Positions 28,650-39,772 of a stretch of 60,028 nt of DNA are shown here, piece after piece (position 1 is the first letter of the stretch; each line of letters opens with the position of its first letter). The stretch is from positions 1 through 60,028 of the forward strand of contig JBDRCU010000038.1 of NCBI GenBank assembly GCA_043821485.1, read 5' to 3'. The DNA comes from Parcubacteria group bacterium. GTDB lineage: Bacteria > Patescibacteriota > Minisyncoccia > 2-02-FULL-40-12 > IGHO2-01-FULL-4-A. The notes beneath the pieces are model-generated. The model made no database searches, was not told the origin of the DNA, and worked only from the letters and a program-made list of their open reading frames with translations. The position numbers and the translations under genes are program-made.

Positions 28650-30740
28650 CTAACGAATATCTCTCGAGGTAGTCCCTATGTCTTGAATGAGAGTAGGTAA
28701 TCCTATTTTGCCATAACCAGCGAAGATCAAGAATATTCCAACTACAGTAAGTATTCCGAATAGAGTAAATAGATTTCGATCATTGCTTGAAAAACCCGTT
28801 TCAGGAAGAGTCATATTGCTTGTTGCACCCAGTACTTGGCCTTGAGAATTTGAATTAAGCAAATTCGAATCGCTAATGAATAAAGGGTCATCTATATATG
28901 TAAGGACGCATGTCTTGTGGTCAGAACTGCCAATAATGACATTTCCATCTGCATCACAATCTTGCGTAATACCTTTTAGACTATACCCGGGTAATATTAC
29001 TGTATATACATTATCTATTATAACTGCGCTGACTTCGCTATCAATAGGCATTTCATTAAGACTGAACTCTATATTATTAGCAATATAATGACCAGGGTTT
29101 ACGTCATATTTCACGCCATTAGAAGACCCTGGATCGGTAAAAAGATTTTCGGTATTGCCAGTTGTCAGTAAGCGTACAAAACTATAGAAATCAGAAGGTA
29201 TTGCTGTGCCTCCATTATTGTTCTCAACTTTAGTAATAACGGTTAGAGAAGACCCTGTTGAGCCAGAACCGCTTCCTGGATCTGGGGTAGGTGTTGCTGT
29301 GGCGCCAAGAACTTGTCCGCCTCCACCACCGCCTCCTCCACCACCGCCACTGCTTTGCGTAGATTGATCGTCATTTATTATTGTACAAGTCAGTTGATCG
29401 CCTGCATTGATAGTACCGCTACAATTACCTTGCAAAGTTTTGTTATATAACGTGTCCCATACTTCATCTACAGTATAAGCTCCTGGGTCTAATGTGACTA
29501 TAGTACCGTTTTCATCGCCAGGAAATGAAGGTGAACTTACATTTGTCCCAGTAACAAGCATCGTGAAATCAGATGCTAATGAGGTTTGATCATTATCATT
29601 TATTACCTGCTTAATAACAGTAATGGTTCCAAAAGTAGAAGCTGGAGCCTGCGATTCTACACAGGTATAACCATAAATTTCAGCCCAAGAGATTGCAACC
29701 TGTCCATAAGTACTGCAACTGGCCCAAATAGCATCAGTAGCAGTCAGAGTTATAGTAATATCTCCTGTTAAGTTAGCTAAATTGTATTCGATTGTATTCC
29801 ATACTTCGCTAGAATCTTGTGAGTCTGCGTAGTGACCTATCAAATCTCCATTTGCATATATATTGAAGCTATCTGAATTGCTCATTCCATCCAAAGCTCT
29901 AAGCTTCAATAGATTGGCATAGTTACCACCAGCATGAAGTATGAAGGATGCCTCTCGTCCGCCATCGCTACATTGTGTTTCTTCCACAATCTGCCTATAG
30001 GTACCATCATCCTTTCCTCCATAGCCTCCGGAAATATTCTCTGTGCTCCATCCTGATAATGAATGACCGACTTCATCAGTTGTATCACCTATATTCACAC
30101 TATTCATAAGATTAAATGGTGCTGAGTCTGGAGTAGGTGTTCCAATTGCACAATAGGGAGCTACAGCTGGAGCCGGAGTTGGAGCAGGAGTAGCTGTAGG
30201 TATTGGAGTAGGTGTATCACTTGGCGTTGGTGTAGGCGTTCCAGATGGTGTAGGTGTAGGTGTTGGTGTTGGTGTTGGGGTAGCAGTAGGAGTCTCCGTA
30301 GGAGTCGGCGTTGGTGTTGGAGTATCTGTAGGTGTAGGTGTTGGTGTTGGTGTGACAGCTGAACAACCATTTTCCCAGATTATTTGATTAGCAGAATTCC
30401 AATTCCGTCCATTATATGGAGAGGCTACATCTTCGTTCCCATCACCGTCAAAATCGTAATGGAATGGAGGAATTATATCGTTGACATGATTTCCCTGAGG
30501 GGGATGTCCATTATTAGACTCTGTTACTATAGGCTCTGTTTTCGCTTGAACCTCTGACCAATCAGAAGCTCCATTATTATCATGACAGAGCTTTATTTTG
30601 TCATTGTCTCCAAAAACTTGACCGTTAAACGGGTCGTGATCAGCTCGTGCTATAAAATTTAATGGGGATATCATCCCGGTAATTACAAAACCTCCAAGAA
30701 TTGCAAAGGTTGTAACTAATAATATAATTTTTTTATTCAT
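28650..30740 (-). CDS. Secreted surface protein with Pro-Thr linker, pilin/prealbumin-like repeats and LPETG sorting signal
   Basis: Signal peptide, (PT)n, two T..VI.KV.N.N.....SDF repeats, poly-Gly, LPETG plus TM, adjacent to sortase. Confidence 0.8.
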   Translation of the reverse strand: MNKKIILLVTTFAILGGFVITGMISPLNFIARADHDPFNGQVFGDNDKIKLCHDNNGASDWSEVQAKTEPIVTESNNGHPPQGNHVNDIIPPFHYDFDGDGNEDVASPYNGRNWNSANQIIWENGCSAVTPTPTPTPTDTPTPTPTPTETPTATPTPTPTPTPTPSGTPTPTPSDTPTPIPTATPAPTPAPAVAPYCAIGTPTPDSAPFNLMNSVNIGDTTDEVGHSLSGWSTENISGGYGGKDDGTYRQIVEETQCSDGGREASFILHAGGNYANLLKLRALDGMSNSDSFNIYANGDLIGHYADSQDSSEVWNTIEYNLANLTGDITITLTATDAIWASCSTYGQVAISWAEIYGYTCVESQAPASTFGTITVIKQVINDNDQTSLASDFTMLVTGTNVSSPSFPGDENGTIVTLDPGAYTVDEVWDTLYNKTLQGNCSGTINAGDQLTCTIINDDQSTQSSGGGGGGGGGGGQVLGATATPTPDPGSGSGSTGSSLTVITKVENNNGGTAIPSDFYSFVRLLTTGNTENLFTDPGSSNGVKYDVNPGHYIANNIEFSLNEMPIDSEVSAVIIDNVYTVILPGYSLKGITQDCDADGNVIIGSSDHKTCVLTYIDDPLFISDSNLLNSNSQGQVLGATSNMTLPETGFSSNDRNLFTLFGILTVVGIFLIFAGYGKIGLPTLIQDIGTTSRDIR
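30175..30356 (-). repeat. Low-complexity tandem repeat encoding (Pro-Thr)n linker
   Basis: Repeated GGTGTT/GGTGTA hexamers on + strand. Confidence 0.85.
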
Positions 30741-30796
30741 ACAAAAACTATACCTTTCTAAATAGACCGTGTCAAATGCTCTTATACACCTCTTTA

Positions 30797-32509
30797 TTAT
30801 TCAACAATAGCCCTGATACGTCTACTTCCAGAAGACAATGCTTGCTCTTTGGCTATTTTGAACTTTCCTATCTCACCAGTATGCTCTACATGGGGCCCTC
30901 CGCACAACTCGCGCGAGAACACATAGTTACCATTTTTGTCTCCTACAGTATATACCTTCACTATTTCAGGATATTTATTCTTGAAAAATGATAAAGCTCC
31001 AAGCTTCATAGCTTCTTCGTATGACATTTCTTTAAACCAAACGTCTAGATCCTTTTTAATATTCTCATTCACAATATCCTCGATCTTCTGTTTCTCTTCA
31101 TCTGTTAATTTGCGTGGAAATGTAAAATCAAATCTTAATCTCTCGGGTGTGATATCAGAACCATCTTGTCTGACATCTTTTCCTAGAACTTCTTTTATTG
31201 CCGCCTGAAGCATATGTGTAGCTGTATGAAGACGTAATACTTTCTTAAGTTCTTCCTCATCGCCAGCCTTAAGCTCTCCCGTATCCAGAATCAAACCATG
31301 TCCGCCAAACTTAGCCGCAGAACCTTCACGTGATTTAGCCTGATGTTTCTTGAATTCTTCATCAAAAGCCTCTCTTGTTAGGTCAGACGCCTTAGAACCT
31401 GCAACTTCCTTAATTATCTCATACGGTAATCCATAGCTTTCATATAGTCTAAAAGCAGCTGACGCATCTAAACCTTTAACTTTATCTAGTTCTTTCAGCC
31501 CCCTTTTCAATGTTTTGCCGAATTTCTCTTCTTCTGCTTTAAAAGCATTCAAAACTTTTTCGCTATTCAATTCTGGATAGACTTCTGAATACTGATCTAT
31601 GACTTTTTCTAAAATTTTATATGCAAGGCCTTGCAAATCATCTAGATGAGAATAAACGATTACTCTTCGCATCAGCTTTCTCAAAACATATCCTCTATCT
31701 TTATTCGAAGGTAAAATATCTTCTGAAGACATGAATGCAATACCACGCAAATGATCTGCAATAACTCGTTTCTTTTTAATATCCAAAGTTTTTGGCAATA
31801 GGCTCATGAGTTCAACAAATGTATCTATATCAAAAAGAGTTGATTTGCCTTGAGTCACCATAACCAATCTTTCAAGACCCATGCCAGTATCCACGCCTTT
31901 CGTCTTCAAGGGTTCAAGAGTCCCATCTTTCTGGCAATAATATTCGTTAAAAACAATGTTCCAAACCTCTACTCCATCTACATATATTTCAGTAGTTGGA
32001 CCGCAAGGGCCTTCAGAACCCGTAGGTCCCCAAAAATTATCTTCTTTCCCAAATTTCCTTATCTCTATATTTGGATCTATAGATTTCCAAATTTTTTCAG
32101 ACTCCTCATCTGTTGGTACTCCATCTTCTCCTCCGAATATTGAAACATAGTCAATCTTTAGCCCGAGATCAGTCACAATAAACTCATAACCCCATTTGAT
32201 AGCATCCTTCTTGAAATATCCTCCGAATGAGAAGTTGCCCAACATTTCAAAAAATGTCAGATGCGACTCATCTCCTACTTCGTCAATATCAGAAGTCCTC
32301 ATTGATTTCTGAACAGAAGCAGTATTTAAAGAATCAAAATCTCGCATTGGGTCCAGCTCTCCAGTGTAATATCTCTTGAATTGTTGCATGCCTGCAGTTG
32401 TAAATAGCACCGAAGGGTCTTCAGGTACAAGTGAAGAAGAGGGCACAATCACGTGTCCCCTATCTTCAAAGAAGTCTAGAAATTTTTGACGTATTTCGGA
32501 TGTTGTCAT
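30797..32509 (-). CDS. alaS: Alanine--tRNA ligase, short form without C-Ala domain
   Basis: [36 protein letters not shown], editing HTATH and ELCGGPHV; ends at GSRRIRA. Confidence 0.95.
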   Translation of the reverse strand: MTTSEIRQKFLDFFEDRGHVIVPSSSLVPEDPSVLFTTAGMQQFKRYYTGELDPMRDFDSLNTASVQKSMRTSDIDEVGDESHLTFFEMLGNFSFGGYFKKDAIKWGYEFIVTDLGLKIDYVSIFGGEDGVPTDEESEKIWKSIDPNIEIRKFGKEDNFWGPTGSEGPCGPTTEIYVDGVEVWNIVFNEYYCQKDGTLEPLKTKGVDTGMGLERLVMVTQGKSTLFDIDTFVELMSLLPKTLDIKKKRVIADHLRGIAFMSSEDILPSNKDRGYVLRKLMRRVIVYSHLDDLQGLAYKILEKVIDQYSEVYPELNSEKVLNAFKAEEEKFGKTLKRGLKELDKVKGLDASAAFRLYESYGLPYEIIKEVAGSKASDLTREAFDEEFKKHQAKSREGSAAKFGGHGLILDTGELKAGDEEELKKVLRLHTATHMLQAAIKEVLGKDVRQDGSDITPERLRFDFTFPRKLTDEEKQKIEDIVNENIKKDLDVWFKEMSYEEAMKLGALSFFKNKYPEIVKVYTVGDKNGNYVFSRELCGGPHVEHTGEIGKFKIAKEQALSSGSRRIRAIVE

Positions 32510-32518
32510 GAGATAAAA

Positions 32519-33250
32519 CTATTTCTCTTCTCCTTTCTTCTTATCCCGTACAAAATTAGATGCATCTAGAAGCGAATCAAATGTTCCCATGTCAAACCAT
32601 CCGCCTTTAAGAATCTCATGTCGCATCGTACCTTCTTTGATATATATATTATTTAAGTCAGATACTTCTAATTCATTGCGTCCAGATGGTTTTAAAGTTC
32701 TAATAAAATCAAATACTCTCTGATCGTACATATATAGGCCTGTTTGTATAAAATTCGTAGGAGGATTTTTTGGCTTTTCAACTATTTCAACAATTTTACC
32801 ATTCTCAATTCGAGCAACTCCTGAACGCTCTGGATCTAATACTTCTGTGAGTAAAATCATTGCCCCTTTTTCTACTTTTTCAAAACTTTTAATATACGGG
32901 GTTATATCATCTTCAAAATAATTATCGCCGTTTATCACGACGGCTTTGTCTCCTTCGCAAAACTCTTCTGCTACAGAAATCGCATCTGAAATGCCCCTAT
33001 CCCCTCCGGGCTGAAATCCATAAACCAGCCGGCATCCGAAGTCTTCTCCATTTTTAAAATAATTGACATAACTGCCTGCACTTTTTTCACCGGTAACTAT
33101 CATAATATCTTTGATCCCGGCTTTAACTAAAACTTCGAGCGGATACTCGCCCATTAGACGATCATAAACAGGCAACATATGCTTATTAACTAATTTTGTT
33201 AACGGAAGAAGCCTCGTGCCTAATCCTCCGCATAGTATTACTCCTCTCAT
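32519..33250 (-). CDS. rfbA: Sugar-phosphate nucleotidyltransferase (glucose-1-phosphate thymidylyltransferase-like)
   Basis: GVILCGGLGTRL.PLT...NK..LPVYD; EKPK; RNELEV; W.DMGT. Confidence 0.85.
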   Translation of the reverse strand: MRGVILCGGLGTRLLPLTKLVNKHMLPVYDRLMGEYPLEVLVKAGIKDIMIVTGEKSAGSYVNYFKNGEDFGCRLVYGFQPGGDRGISDAISVAEEFCEGDKAVVINGDNYFEDDITPYIKSFEKVEKGAMILLTEVLDPERSGVARIENGKIVEIVEKPKNPPTNFIQTGLYMYDQRVFDFIRTLKPSGRNELEVSDLNNIYIKEGTMRHEILKGGWFDMGTFDSLLDASNFVRDKKKGEEK

Positions 33251-34155
33251 AAATTAGTACATTTAATTTTTAATGCTTGTATATCTTCTTGTGTAAGTTC
33301 AGGACTTTCATAATCCTGCCCTCCCATAATATAGTGCATGATTGCCTCCGGATTGTCCAGATGCTCGATCTCCAATGCATGGCCGAATTCGTGAGCTAGC
33401 AGGAGTACAAGCTCCTGCTCATTCTCAAACTGGTAAACATTTATTGCCTCTCCATTATAATCCCCTTGATCAAACTCTTCCAGAGCGCCGAAACGTTTAT
33501 TATATTCATTTACTGCCTCGTCTATATTTTGTACTAAATCATTAATATCAGATGAAACTAAGTTAATATCTTGAGACAATTTATTGAGTTCTGCGCGTTG
33601 AAGCTCGAATTCTTTTGACCTTTCTCCAAGTTCTACTTTCCTCTCTTCAAGTTCCTTGATCATCTTTGGAGGTACGTCTCCCTGACTGTTCCAAAGCTCA
33701 ACTTCCTCATTATATTTTTTGAGATCTTCTTTATATTTATTAACAGCATTATTATATGAACTCAAAAGCTTCTTATACTCATCCAAAAAATTATCGTATC
33801 TCTCTATCAAGCGTCCATATTTCTCCTCTTTCAGATCGATGCTTTCACGCGATTCAATAGCTTCTATGGTACGCCCCTGTCTTTCATCAAAGATAAAATT
33901 TATTACAAAATCCGCTTCTGGATTGTATACAAAAAACTCATTATCGAATAACGATTCCCACAATAACTCCGCTTTAGATATTGCTTCTAGAAGTTCTTCT
34001 TTTGAAGCATCAAAACGCTCATCAAGTTCACCAATTCTATATTCAAGAGGCTTTTTACAAATATCCTGTGAATCAGCATAGACAAGAAAAACAACACCAA
34101 CCAGAACCAAAACTATGACAGAAATGTATTTTCGAATAGTAGAACGTAGCTTCAT
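33247..34155 (-). CDS. Matrixin-like (M10) zinc metalloprotease with coiled-coil insert
   Basis: HEFGHALEIEH and Met-turn AIM; N-terminal TM. Confidence 0.85.
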   Translation of the reverse strand: MKLRSTIRKYISVIVLVLVGVVFLVYADSQDICKKPLEYRIGELDERFDASKEELLEAISKAELLWESLFDNEFFVYNPEADFVINFIFDERQGRTIEAIESRESIDLKEEKYGRLIERYDNFLDEYKKLLSSYNNAVNKYKEDLKKYNEEVELWNSQGDVPPKMIKELEERKVELGERSKEFELQRAELNKLSQDINLVSSDINDLVQNIDEAVNEYNKRFGALEEFDQGDYNGEAINVYQFENEQELVLLLAHEFGHALEIEHLDNPEAIMHYIMGGQDYESPELTQEDIQALKIKCTNL

Positions 34156-34204
34156 ATGAATTTAGTTTAATACAAAATATACGAAATATGAAGTTAAAGT
34201 TTCC

Positions 34205-35962
34205 CTATCTCAAAACTTGTTCTCTGAGTCGAACTGATTTTGGAGTAATTTCTAAATATTCATCTGATGCCATATTATCAAGTCCGGTTTCAATGCTAAG
34301 CTTCATGGGCGGAGTTAATTTAATCGCATCGTCGCTGCCTGATGCACGCATATTGCTTAATTGCTTACCCTTGGTTGGATTAACTGTCATTTGCTCGCCC
34401 TTGGATGTATTGCCAATAACCATGCCTTTATAGACCTGCGTATTAGCTTCTATGTATAGCGTGCCTCTTGTCTGTAAATTATCGAGAGAGAACCCCAAGG
34501 CTTTACCCGCGGTTTGCGAAATCATAGAACCTACTTTTCGTCTTGCGATTTTGCCGGCATGCGGACGATATCCAATAAAATGACTGGCAAAAATTCCCTG
34601 TCCTTTGGTATCAATAATAAATTGATTTCGATATCCAAATAATCCACGGCTTGGACCTTCAAATATCAGCAATACGCGATTTCCATGCGTTTCCATCTTT
34701 GACATAGTTACGCCACGCTTACCAAGATTTTCGATAATCAGACCCTGGAACCCACTTGGCACATCAATAACCAGCTCTTCAAACGGCTCACTCTGAACTC
34801 CGTCTATTTCTTTCATGATTACATTAGGTTGTGACACTTGCAGTTCATATCCTTCTCGACGCATGTTTTCAATTAAAATCGCAATATGCAATTCCCCTCT
34901 GCCATAGACTGTAAATTGATCAGCATTACCAGTATCAAAGTCAATCTTCAATCCAACATTTACCTCGAGCTCTTTTTCTAATCGTTCTCGCAATTGACGA
35001 CTTGTAACAAATTTACCTTCTGTACCTGCAAATGGCGAATCATTTACCAGAAAGGTTAGTTTGATAGTCGGTGCATCAACTGCGATTGCCTCAAGCAATG
35101 ATGCATCTTGATCAACGCAAATAGTATCACCGATATATACATCGGGTAATCCTGCAATAATAGCAATGTCTCCTGCTCCGACAGTATCTACTTCTTTACG
35201 TGCAATCCCATTGAAAGTAAAAAGTTTTACAATTTTGTTTTTTTGAATTTCACCTGATTCTTTTTTTACATAAACATTATCTCCAGTGCTAACACTACCA
35301 TCATATACACGCACAACAGCAAGACGTCCCAAAAAATTATCATATGCTAAATTAAACGGCTGGGCTTTAAACGGCGCATCTTGATCACCAGATGCTACCG
35401 GCACTTTCTCGAGTATCATATCCAGCAGTGGCATAATATCTTCTGACTCATCTTCTAGCTCACGTTTTGCCATACCCTTTTTCCCAATAGCGTAAATCAT
35501 TGGAAACTCTAACTGTTCTTCGGTTGCTCCAAGTTCAACAAATAGATCAAAAACTTCATTGTGTACTTTTGCAGGATTAGCAGCGGGTTTATCAATTTTA
35601 TTAATTACTAATATAGGCTTGAGTCCTAATGACAATGACTTCTTGAGTACGAACCGAGTTTGAGGCATTGGACCTTCTTGTGCATCTACCACCAACAGAA
35701 CAGAATCAATTGATCTAAGCACGCGCTCAACTTCTGAACCGAAATCAGCATGTCCTGGGGTATCTACTATATTAATTTTTGTACCTTTGTATTCAATTGA
35801 AGCATTTTTTGAATAGATCGTAATTCCACGCTCCTTTTCAAGCGTATTACTATCCATACTAACAAACTCATTGCCAGCTCCTGTCTGGCGCATCAAAGCA
35901 TCAGTTATTGTTGTTTTCCCATGATCAACATGGGCAATAATAGCAATGTTTCTAATTTCCAT
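34205..35962 (-). CDS. typA: Translational GTPase TypA/BipA
   Basis: [42 protein letters not shown]. Confidence 0.96.
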   Translation of the reverse strand: MEIRNIAIIAHVDHGKTTITDALMRQTGAGNEFVSMDSNTLEKERGITIYSKNASIEYKGTKINIVDTPGHADFGSEVERVLRSIDSVLLVVDAQEGPMPQTRFVLKKSLSLGLKPILVINKIDKPAANPAKVHNEVFDLFVELGATEEQLEFPMIYAIGKKGMAKRELEDESEDIMPLLDMILEKVPVASGDQDAPFKAQPFNLAYDNFLGRLAVVRVYDGSVSTGDNVYVKKESGEIQKNKIVKLFTFNGIARKEVDTVGAGDIAIIAGLPDVYIGDTICVDQDASLLEAIAVDAPTIKLTFLVNDSPFAGTEGKFVTSRQLRERLEKELEVNVGLKIDFDTGNADQFTVYGRGELHIAILIENMRREGYELQVSQPNVIMKEIDGVQSEPFEELVIDVPSGFQGLIIENLGKRGVTMSKMETHGNRVLLIFEGPSRGLFGYRNQFIIDTKGQGIFASHFIGYRPHAGKIARRKVGSMISQTAGKALGFSLDNLQTRGTLYIEANTQVYKGMVIGNTSKGEQMTVNPTKGKQLSNMRASGSDDAIKLTPPMKLSIETGLDNMASDEYLEITPKSVRLREQVLR

Positions 35963-36250
35963 AAAATGCTGAATTTAGCGAAAAAAAATGGCATGCCCAA
36001 TGGACATGTTTAATAAACTATAACAGTTTCTAATTAACTTGTCTAGCAAAAAGGGCTTAACAAAACCAATACCTAACTAAGTCTCTCGAAGGCCTTAAAA
36101 AATGGCTTGATGCGCCTATGCCTGAGAAATAGCTAGATTCTACTGAAAGAAACGAGATACTGGCTTTATTAAGCCCTAGATGGCTCAATAACGAAGTATT
36201 TAACTATAGCACCATTATATCAAATAATATCATCTTGTCAATAGTTGTCC

Positions 36251-37096
36251 TTACCTGTAGAGCTTTTTTATGCCAGTAATGTCCCCTGCGTTAAGATCTC
36301 TCTTTTTTATTTCTGCAAAATTAGCATACGCATACATAGTTTCATCCAGGCAACTACCTTCTGGGTGTCCCATTCCTGCAGCGTGTCCGACTTCATGTAC
36401 TGCAATGTTCTGAAAGTCCATTCTGCCATCAACTCCTATGACTTCCGTGCTCCAGTCAAAATCAGCTTCATCAAAAATCATATCCCACTCAACTAATGCT
36501 CTCTGCGAAGGAGGACCGCTAAAAATTCCCCACACAATAGTTACTGCAATTGCACCCTGACTTGATACGTCGCCAAAAAGCACCTCATTTTTTCCGTCTG
36601 GACTTGACTGATCCACGCCGTCAACAATGCCTGCTGCCTCTATTCCAAAAACATCCGCTGTAACTTCTCCGTCCCAAATTTCCACGCTTTCAGATAAAAG
36701 ACTTCTAAGTATTGTTTCATCCAAGTTTTCGCTATTGGTAGCATCAAAAAGATAATCTTCGGTACTGTTCCATTCGGCACCATTGGCTAAGAATGCATAA
36801 CAGGATGAGCCTCCTCCGGCTGGTTTACCTTTACCGTTGTCCTTTCCATTACTCTTTCCAAAATCTTTTTTATAATGGACAAAAGCGATACCCTCGACAG
36901 TCTTTCCGCTTGCGGGATCAAGAGCTGTTCCTAAAGAGATAACTGGAGAGTGATCGGCAGCTGGAGGAAGCAAAAGCGTTCTGTTCGTACCCGGAGTATT
37001 GAGTTCGGAAGACACCATATGCGGCATAGCAAAAACGGGGCTCACCGCAAGCATCATGCTTATTATTGATGATGTGGCAATAATCTTTTTAATCAT
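36251..37096 (-). CDS. Secreted matrixin-like zinc metalloprotease
   Basis: Signal peptide; HEVGHAAGMGH; TM Met-turn. Confidence 0.8.
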   Translation of the reverse strand: MIKKIIATSSIISMMLAVSPVFAMPHMVSSELNTPGTNRTLLLPPAADHSPVISLGTALDPASGKTVEGIAFVHYKKDFGKSNGKDNGKGKPAGGGSSCYAFLANGAEWNSTEDYLFDATNSENLDETILRSLLSESVEIWDGEVTADVFGIEAAGIVDGVDQSSPDGKNEVLFGDVSSQGAIAVTIVWGIFSGPPSQRALVEWDMIFDEADFDWSTEVIGVDGRMDFQNIAVHEVGHAAGMGHPEGSCLDETMYAYANFAEIKKRDLNAGDITGIKKLYR

Positions 37097-37146
37097 ATAA
37101 CTTAGATATTTAATATTATTTAATAATTATATCCTATCCAGTCTTT

Positions 37147-37175
37147 GAGTCCAATCGCCTCCAATATTCGAACCT
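37147..37175. repeat. Degenerate B repeat (left boundary)
   Basis: GAGTC-N13-TATTCGAACCT: same 29-bp length and both ends conserved versus B. Confidence 0.5.
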
Positions 37176-37183
37176 CTCTTACA

Positions 37184-37462
37184 TCATTCGGATGTGGGAT
37201 ATTGCTCTAATGTTTTCAGGGTCGCTTGCACGGATGAATTATCTGTGTTCAGAAAAGTTACAGTTTCATACGTCTCTTTGAGTCTGGTAATAACTTCATC
37301 GGCCCACGAAGGCGCCAAAACCTTTACGCCCTCAAAATCAACTTCGATCGGCTCTGTTTTTGATAAATCGCGCGTGATATACGCAGACAACGCTAAATAT
37401 GCTTCGCGGCCTGCGGGTCGAGATACCAATATATCACCAAATTTTTTGAGTTCAATGCGCAT
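37184..37462 (-). CDS. STAS-like DUF4325 protein
   Basis: L.SRPAGREA, DFEGV.V.APSWADE pattern; coupled to upstream ATPase-like gene. Confidence 0.75.
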   Translation of the reverse strand: MRIELKKFGDILVSRPAGREAYLALSAYITRDLSKTEPIEVDFEGVKVLAPSWADEVITRLKETYETVTFLNTDNSSVQATLKTLEQYPTSE

Positions 37463-37464
37463 TT

Positions 37465-38046
37465 TTAAAATGACAAAATCGCTAAACAACCCCGTATTTT
37501 TTCTCTCTCCTTTATCTCGATTGTAGTATTAAGTATTGCTTCCGCCGATCCAGAGCTAAAACTGAGATGCAATTTTTGATCTGATACGCTTTGCTTTACG
37601 AATTTAAGACCATTACCTCTGTTCTCTGGTGCACGTCCCGATAAACGCTGGGTAAAAGCTACCTCAAGTGCTTCTTTATCGTCCAATAAATCAGGCTTCA
37701 CCTTCCTAAGTGTTGTAAATACCCCACGTCCCCGGTCGGCCAAAACAATTTGTTTAGTATCTGATTCTAAATAGTACCCAAAAAAAATTCCAATCACATC
37801 GGGCCAGTTACCTATATTATGATCAAATGAATTGTTACCAATCTCACCGACAATTGCAGAGACAAGATAGGCAGTGTCTTCAGGGATCTGATCATTGTCC
37901 AATAGTTCGCTTGTTAATGAGTCTAATCGTGTTTGAAAAACATCTCGCGTCTCGCAATAGTATGGCTTATCAAGCGTAGTTACAAGAATAGGCTCGTCTT
38001 GCATCCATGCCGTAGCATTTTCTTGTAGTTTTGTCGTTTCTTTCAC
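37465..38046 (-). CDS. Histidine-kinase-like ATPase domain protein (anti-sigma/GHKL-like)
   Basis: EIGNNSFDHN, ADRGRG, GRAPENRGNGL motifs; GTG start. Confidence 0.7.
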   Translation of the reverse strand: MKETTKLQENATAWMQDEPILVTTLDKPYYCETRDVFQTRLDSLTSELLDNDQIPEDTAYLVSAIVGEIGNNSFDHNIGNWPDVIGIFFGYYLESDTKQIVLADRGRGVFTTLRKVKPDLLDDKEALEVAFTQRLSGRAPENRGNGLKFVKQSVSDQKLHLSFSSGSAEAILNTTIEIKEREKIRGCLAILSF

Positions 38047-38117
38047 AATATCTAAAGTATAGGATTAGCGGTAATAAATAGCAATATTATGATTCTCATA
38101 AGGACCTTCATTCGTCA

Positions 38118-38146
38118 GGGTCAGGAAGTACTAGCTGTTCGAACCT
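38118..38146. repeat. B repeat copy 1 (29 bp)
   Basis: GGGTCAGGAAGTACTAGCTGTTCGAACCT. Confidence 0.9.
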
Positions 38147-38186
38147 ATATTGTACAAATATAAATTTAATTATGAACAAAATGAGT

Positions 38187-38558
38187 CTATGATATTGATA
38201 TCATAACAAGAATCAAGAAGACAGTAATCGGCACTAGAGACAAGATACTCCGTCTTAGACCCTCTTCGTGAATGCCTCTCTTTCTTTTTAATCTTATTTG
38301 TATAATTCCTACAATCGAAAATATTGACCCCCAAAAAATGATTATCAAAAATATGAATTTGACTATATCTAGTACAGAGTCAATCAGATAATATATATCT
38401 GAATCAGACACCACTCTTCCCTCCATATCTGTAATAACAGGTGGTTCGATTCCAATACCAATTATAATTGCGAAAATAATCAAAACAACACCAATCAGTA
38501 CTATCCAAGAACCTATCAATGCAAACCTATTTAATTTTCCTTTATTGTCGGTATCCAT
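38187..38558 (-). CDS. Hypothetical membrane protein (3 TM)
   Basis: 123-aa hydrophobic ORF between A and B repeats. Confidence 0.7.
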   Translation of the reverse strand: MDTDNKGKLNRFALIGSWIVLIGVVLIIFAIIIGIGIEPPVITDMEGRVVSDSDIYYLIDSVLDIVKFIFLIIIFWGSIFSIVGIIQIRLKRKRGIHEEGLRRSILSLVPITVFLILVMISIS

Positions 38559-38577
38559 AATACTTTATAAGGTACCT

Positions 38578-38696
38578 CAAAATCCTATCATAATTCTATG
38601 ATCTCTACTATCTACAGTAAGCATGGTGCCGTCGTAAGGGATGTTAGAAGTATTTTTGAAAGGATGGATGACGCTACAGTCTACATTCCTACGATT
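38578..38696. repeat. A repeat copy 1 (119 bp)
   Basis: CAAAATCCTATCATAATTCTATGATC...GGTGCCGTCGT..GGGATGTTAGAAGTATTTTTGA...ACGATT. Confidence 0.9.
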
Positions 38697-38699
38697 TGA

Positions 38700-39032
38700 C
38701 TACTCGATTTGTATAACGGCAGACTTTTTGGCTCCATATTTATGTTTCATCCATTTCCTACATTCTTCAAGCATCCATAATCCATATTCGTTGTCTGGAA
38801 CAAGTTGAAAATCAACAGACCATTCTTCTTTATTCTTTTTTGATGGGGTCTTCAATAAAATAATTACATCTATATCCTGCGGTCTCGCTTTTGCTGTGGT
38901 AAAGCTACCAAGCAGGTGAATAGATGAGATGGGAAGTATTTTTTTTAATTTCCCTATCACGCCTTTAGCGTTTTTCCACATTTCTTTACGGTACTTCGTA
39001 TTAAGCATTTCTGGTGGCATAAATGATTTCAT
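38700..39032 (-). CDS. Minimal nucleotidyltransferase (MNT-like) domain protein
   Basis: LLGSF......DIDV...VD Pol-beta-type signature, 110 aa. Confidence 0.7.
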   Translation of the reverse strand: MKSFMPPEMLNTKYRKEMWKNAKGVIGKLKKILPISSIHLLGSFTTAKARPQDIDVIILLKTPSKKNKEEWSVDFQLVPDNEYGLWMLEECRKWMKHKYGAKKSAVIQIE

Positions 39033-39087
39033 AAATAAATTAATTAATCTATTCTTAACTCTTTATTTTTCCAACATCCCATAGGCA

Positions 39088-39116
39088 GGGTCAGGAAGTA
39101 CTAGCTGTTCGAACCT
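39088..39116. repeat. B repeat copy 2
   Basis: Identical to copy 1 over 33 bp (39086-39118 vs 38116-38148). Confidence 0.9.
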
Positions 39117-39177
39117 ATTTAATATATAAAATCTATAAAAATTTAAAAATATCACTGATTACTCTATACTCAAAATT

Positions 39178-39405
39178 TTATTTTAATAACTTCTCAAAAT
39201 CTTTTTTACTAAGCTGAACATCTCTTATTATTTTTCTTAAAAGTCCCTTGCCTATCTTTTTATGATCTGGGACTGTGATGGGCTTCTTACTCCCGTCTTG
39301 ATGATGCAACCTTATATGACTACCTTTTTTGCGGACAATAAAATAACCCATTTTCTCAAGGACTCTAATGATGCGAGATCCCGACAATTGTTTCAGAGAC
39401 GGCAT
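39178..39405 (-). CDS. hicA: HicA family toxin
   Basis: LEK.GY.IVR.KGSH..L.H......TVP.H..I.KG.L.KI. Confidence 0.88.
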   Translation of the reverse strand: MPSLKQLSGSRIIRVLEKMGYFIVRKKGSHIRLHHQDGSKKPITVPDHKKIGKGLLRKIIRDVQLSKKDFEKLLK

Positions 39406-39411
39406 TATTAG

Positions 39412-39657
39412 CTACAAGGTAATAGTATGTAAACTCATTTCCTGCGGTTTATACGAATTCACTATTTCACGATTTTCTTTCTCTTCAAGAATAAGGTTAA
39501 TTACTTCTCTTATGCCAACTAAGGCATCGTCCAATGTTTTTCCCTGGGTATAACACCCATCAAATAATGGACATTCTATAACATAAAAACCATCTTCGTC
39601 TTTTTCTACAAATAAAGGTAACTGGCGTCCGCGAATTGTAGTTAATGTCTTACGCAT
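39412..39657 (-). CDS. hicB: HicB family antitoxin (short form, upstream of toxin)
   Basis: EKDEDG.YV..CP.F.GCYTQG.TLD.AL..I.E; ATG 39657. Confidence 0.85.
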   Translation of the reverse strand: MRKTLTTIRGRQLPLFVEKDEDGFYVIECPLFDGCYTQGKTLDDALVGIREVINLILEEKENREIVNSYKPQEMSLHTITL

Positions 39658-39717
39658 AAAAAGAGTATACCACCCCAAAAAACTCTATGCAACCTCTACT
39701 CTTCTTCTACAAATCTA

Positions 39718-39746
39718 GGGTCAGGAAGTACTGGGTATTCGAACCT
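39718..39746. repeat. B repeat copy 3
   Basis: GGGTCAGGAAGTACTGGGTATTCGAACCT. Confidence 0.88.
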
Positions 39747-39772
39747 GTATTAGCTCATGAGTCTAAGTGAAA

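Noticed and set aside
36050-36180. Long-range AGGGCTTAA/TTAAGCCCT inverted repeat upstream of typA
   Set aside because: Only 9 bp in AT-rich sequence with no further support; may be chance
38118-38146. B repeat as a tRNA 3' fragment (GGTTCGAA T-loop)
   Set aside because: No T-stem pairing, and the loop-to-CCC spacing (16 nt) differs from tRNA-His (11 nt); it matches none of the four tRNAs here
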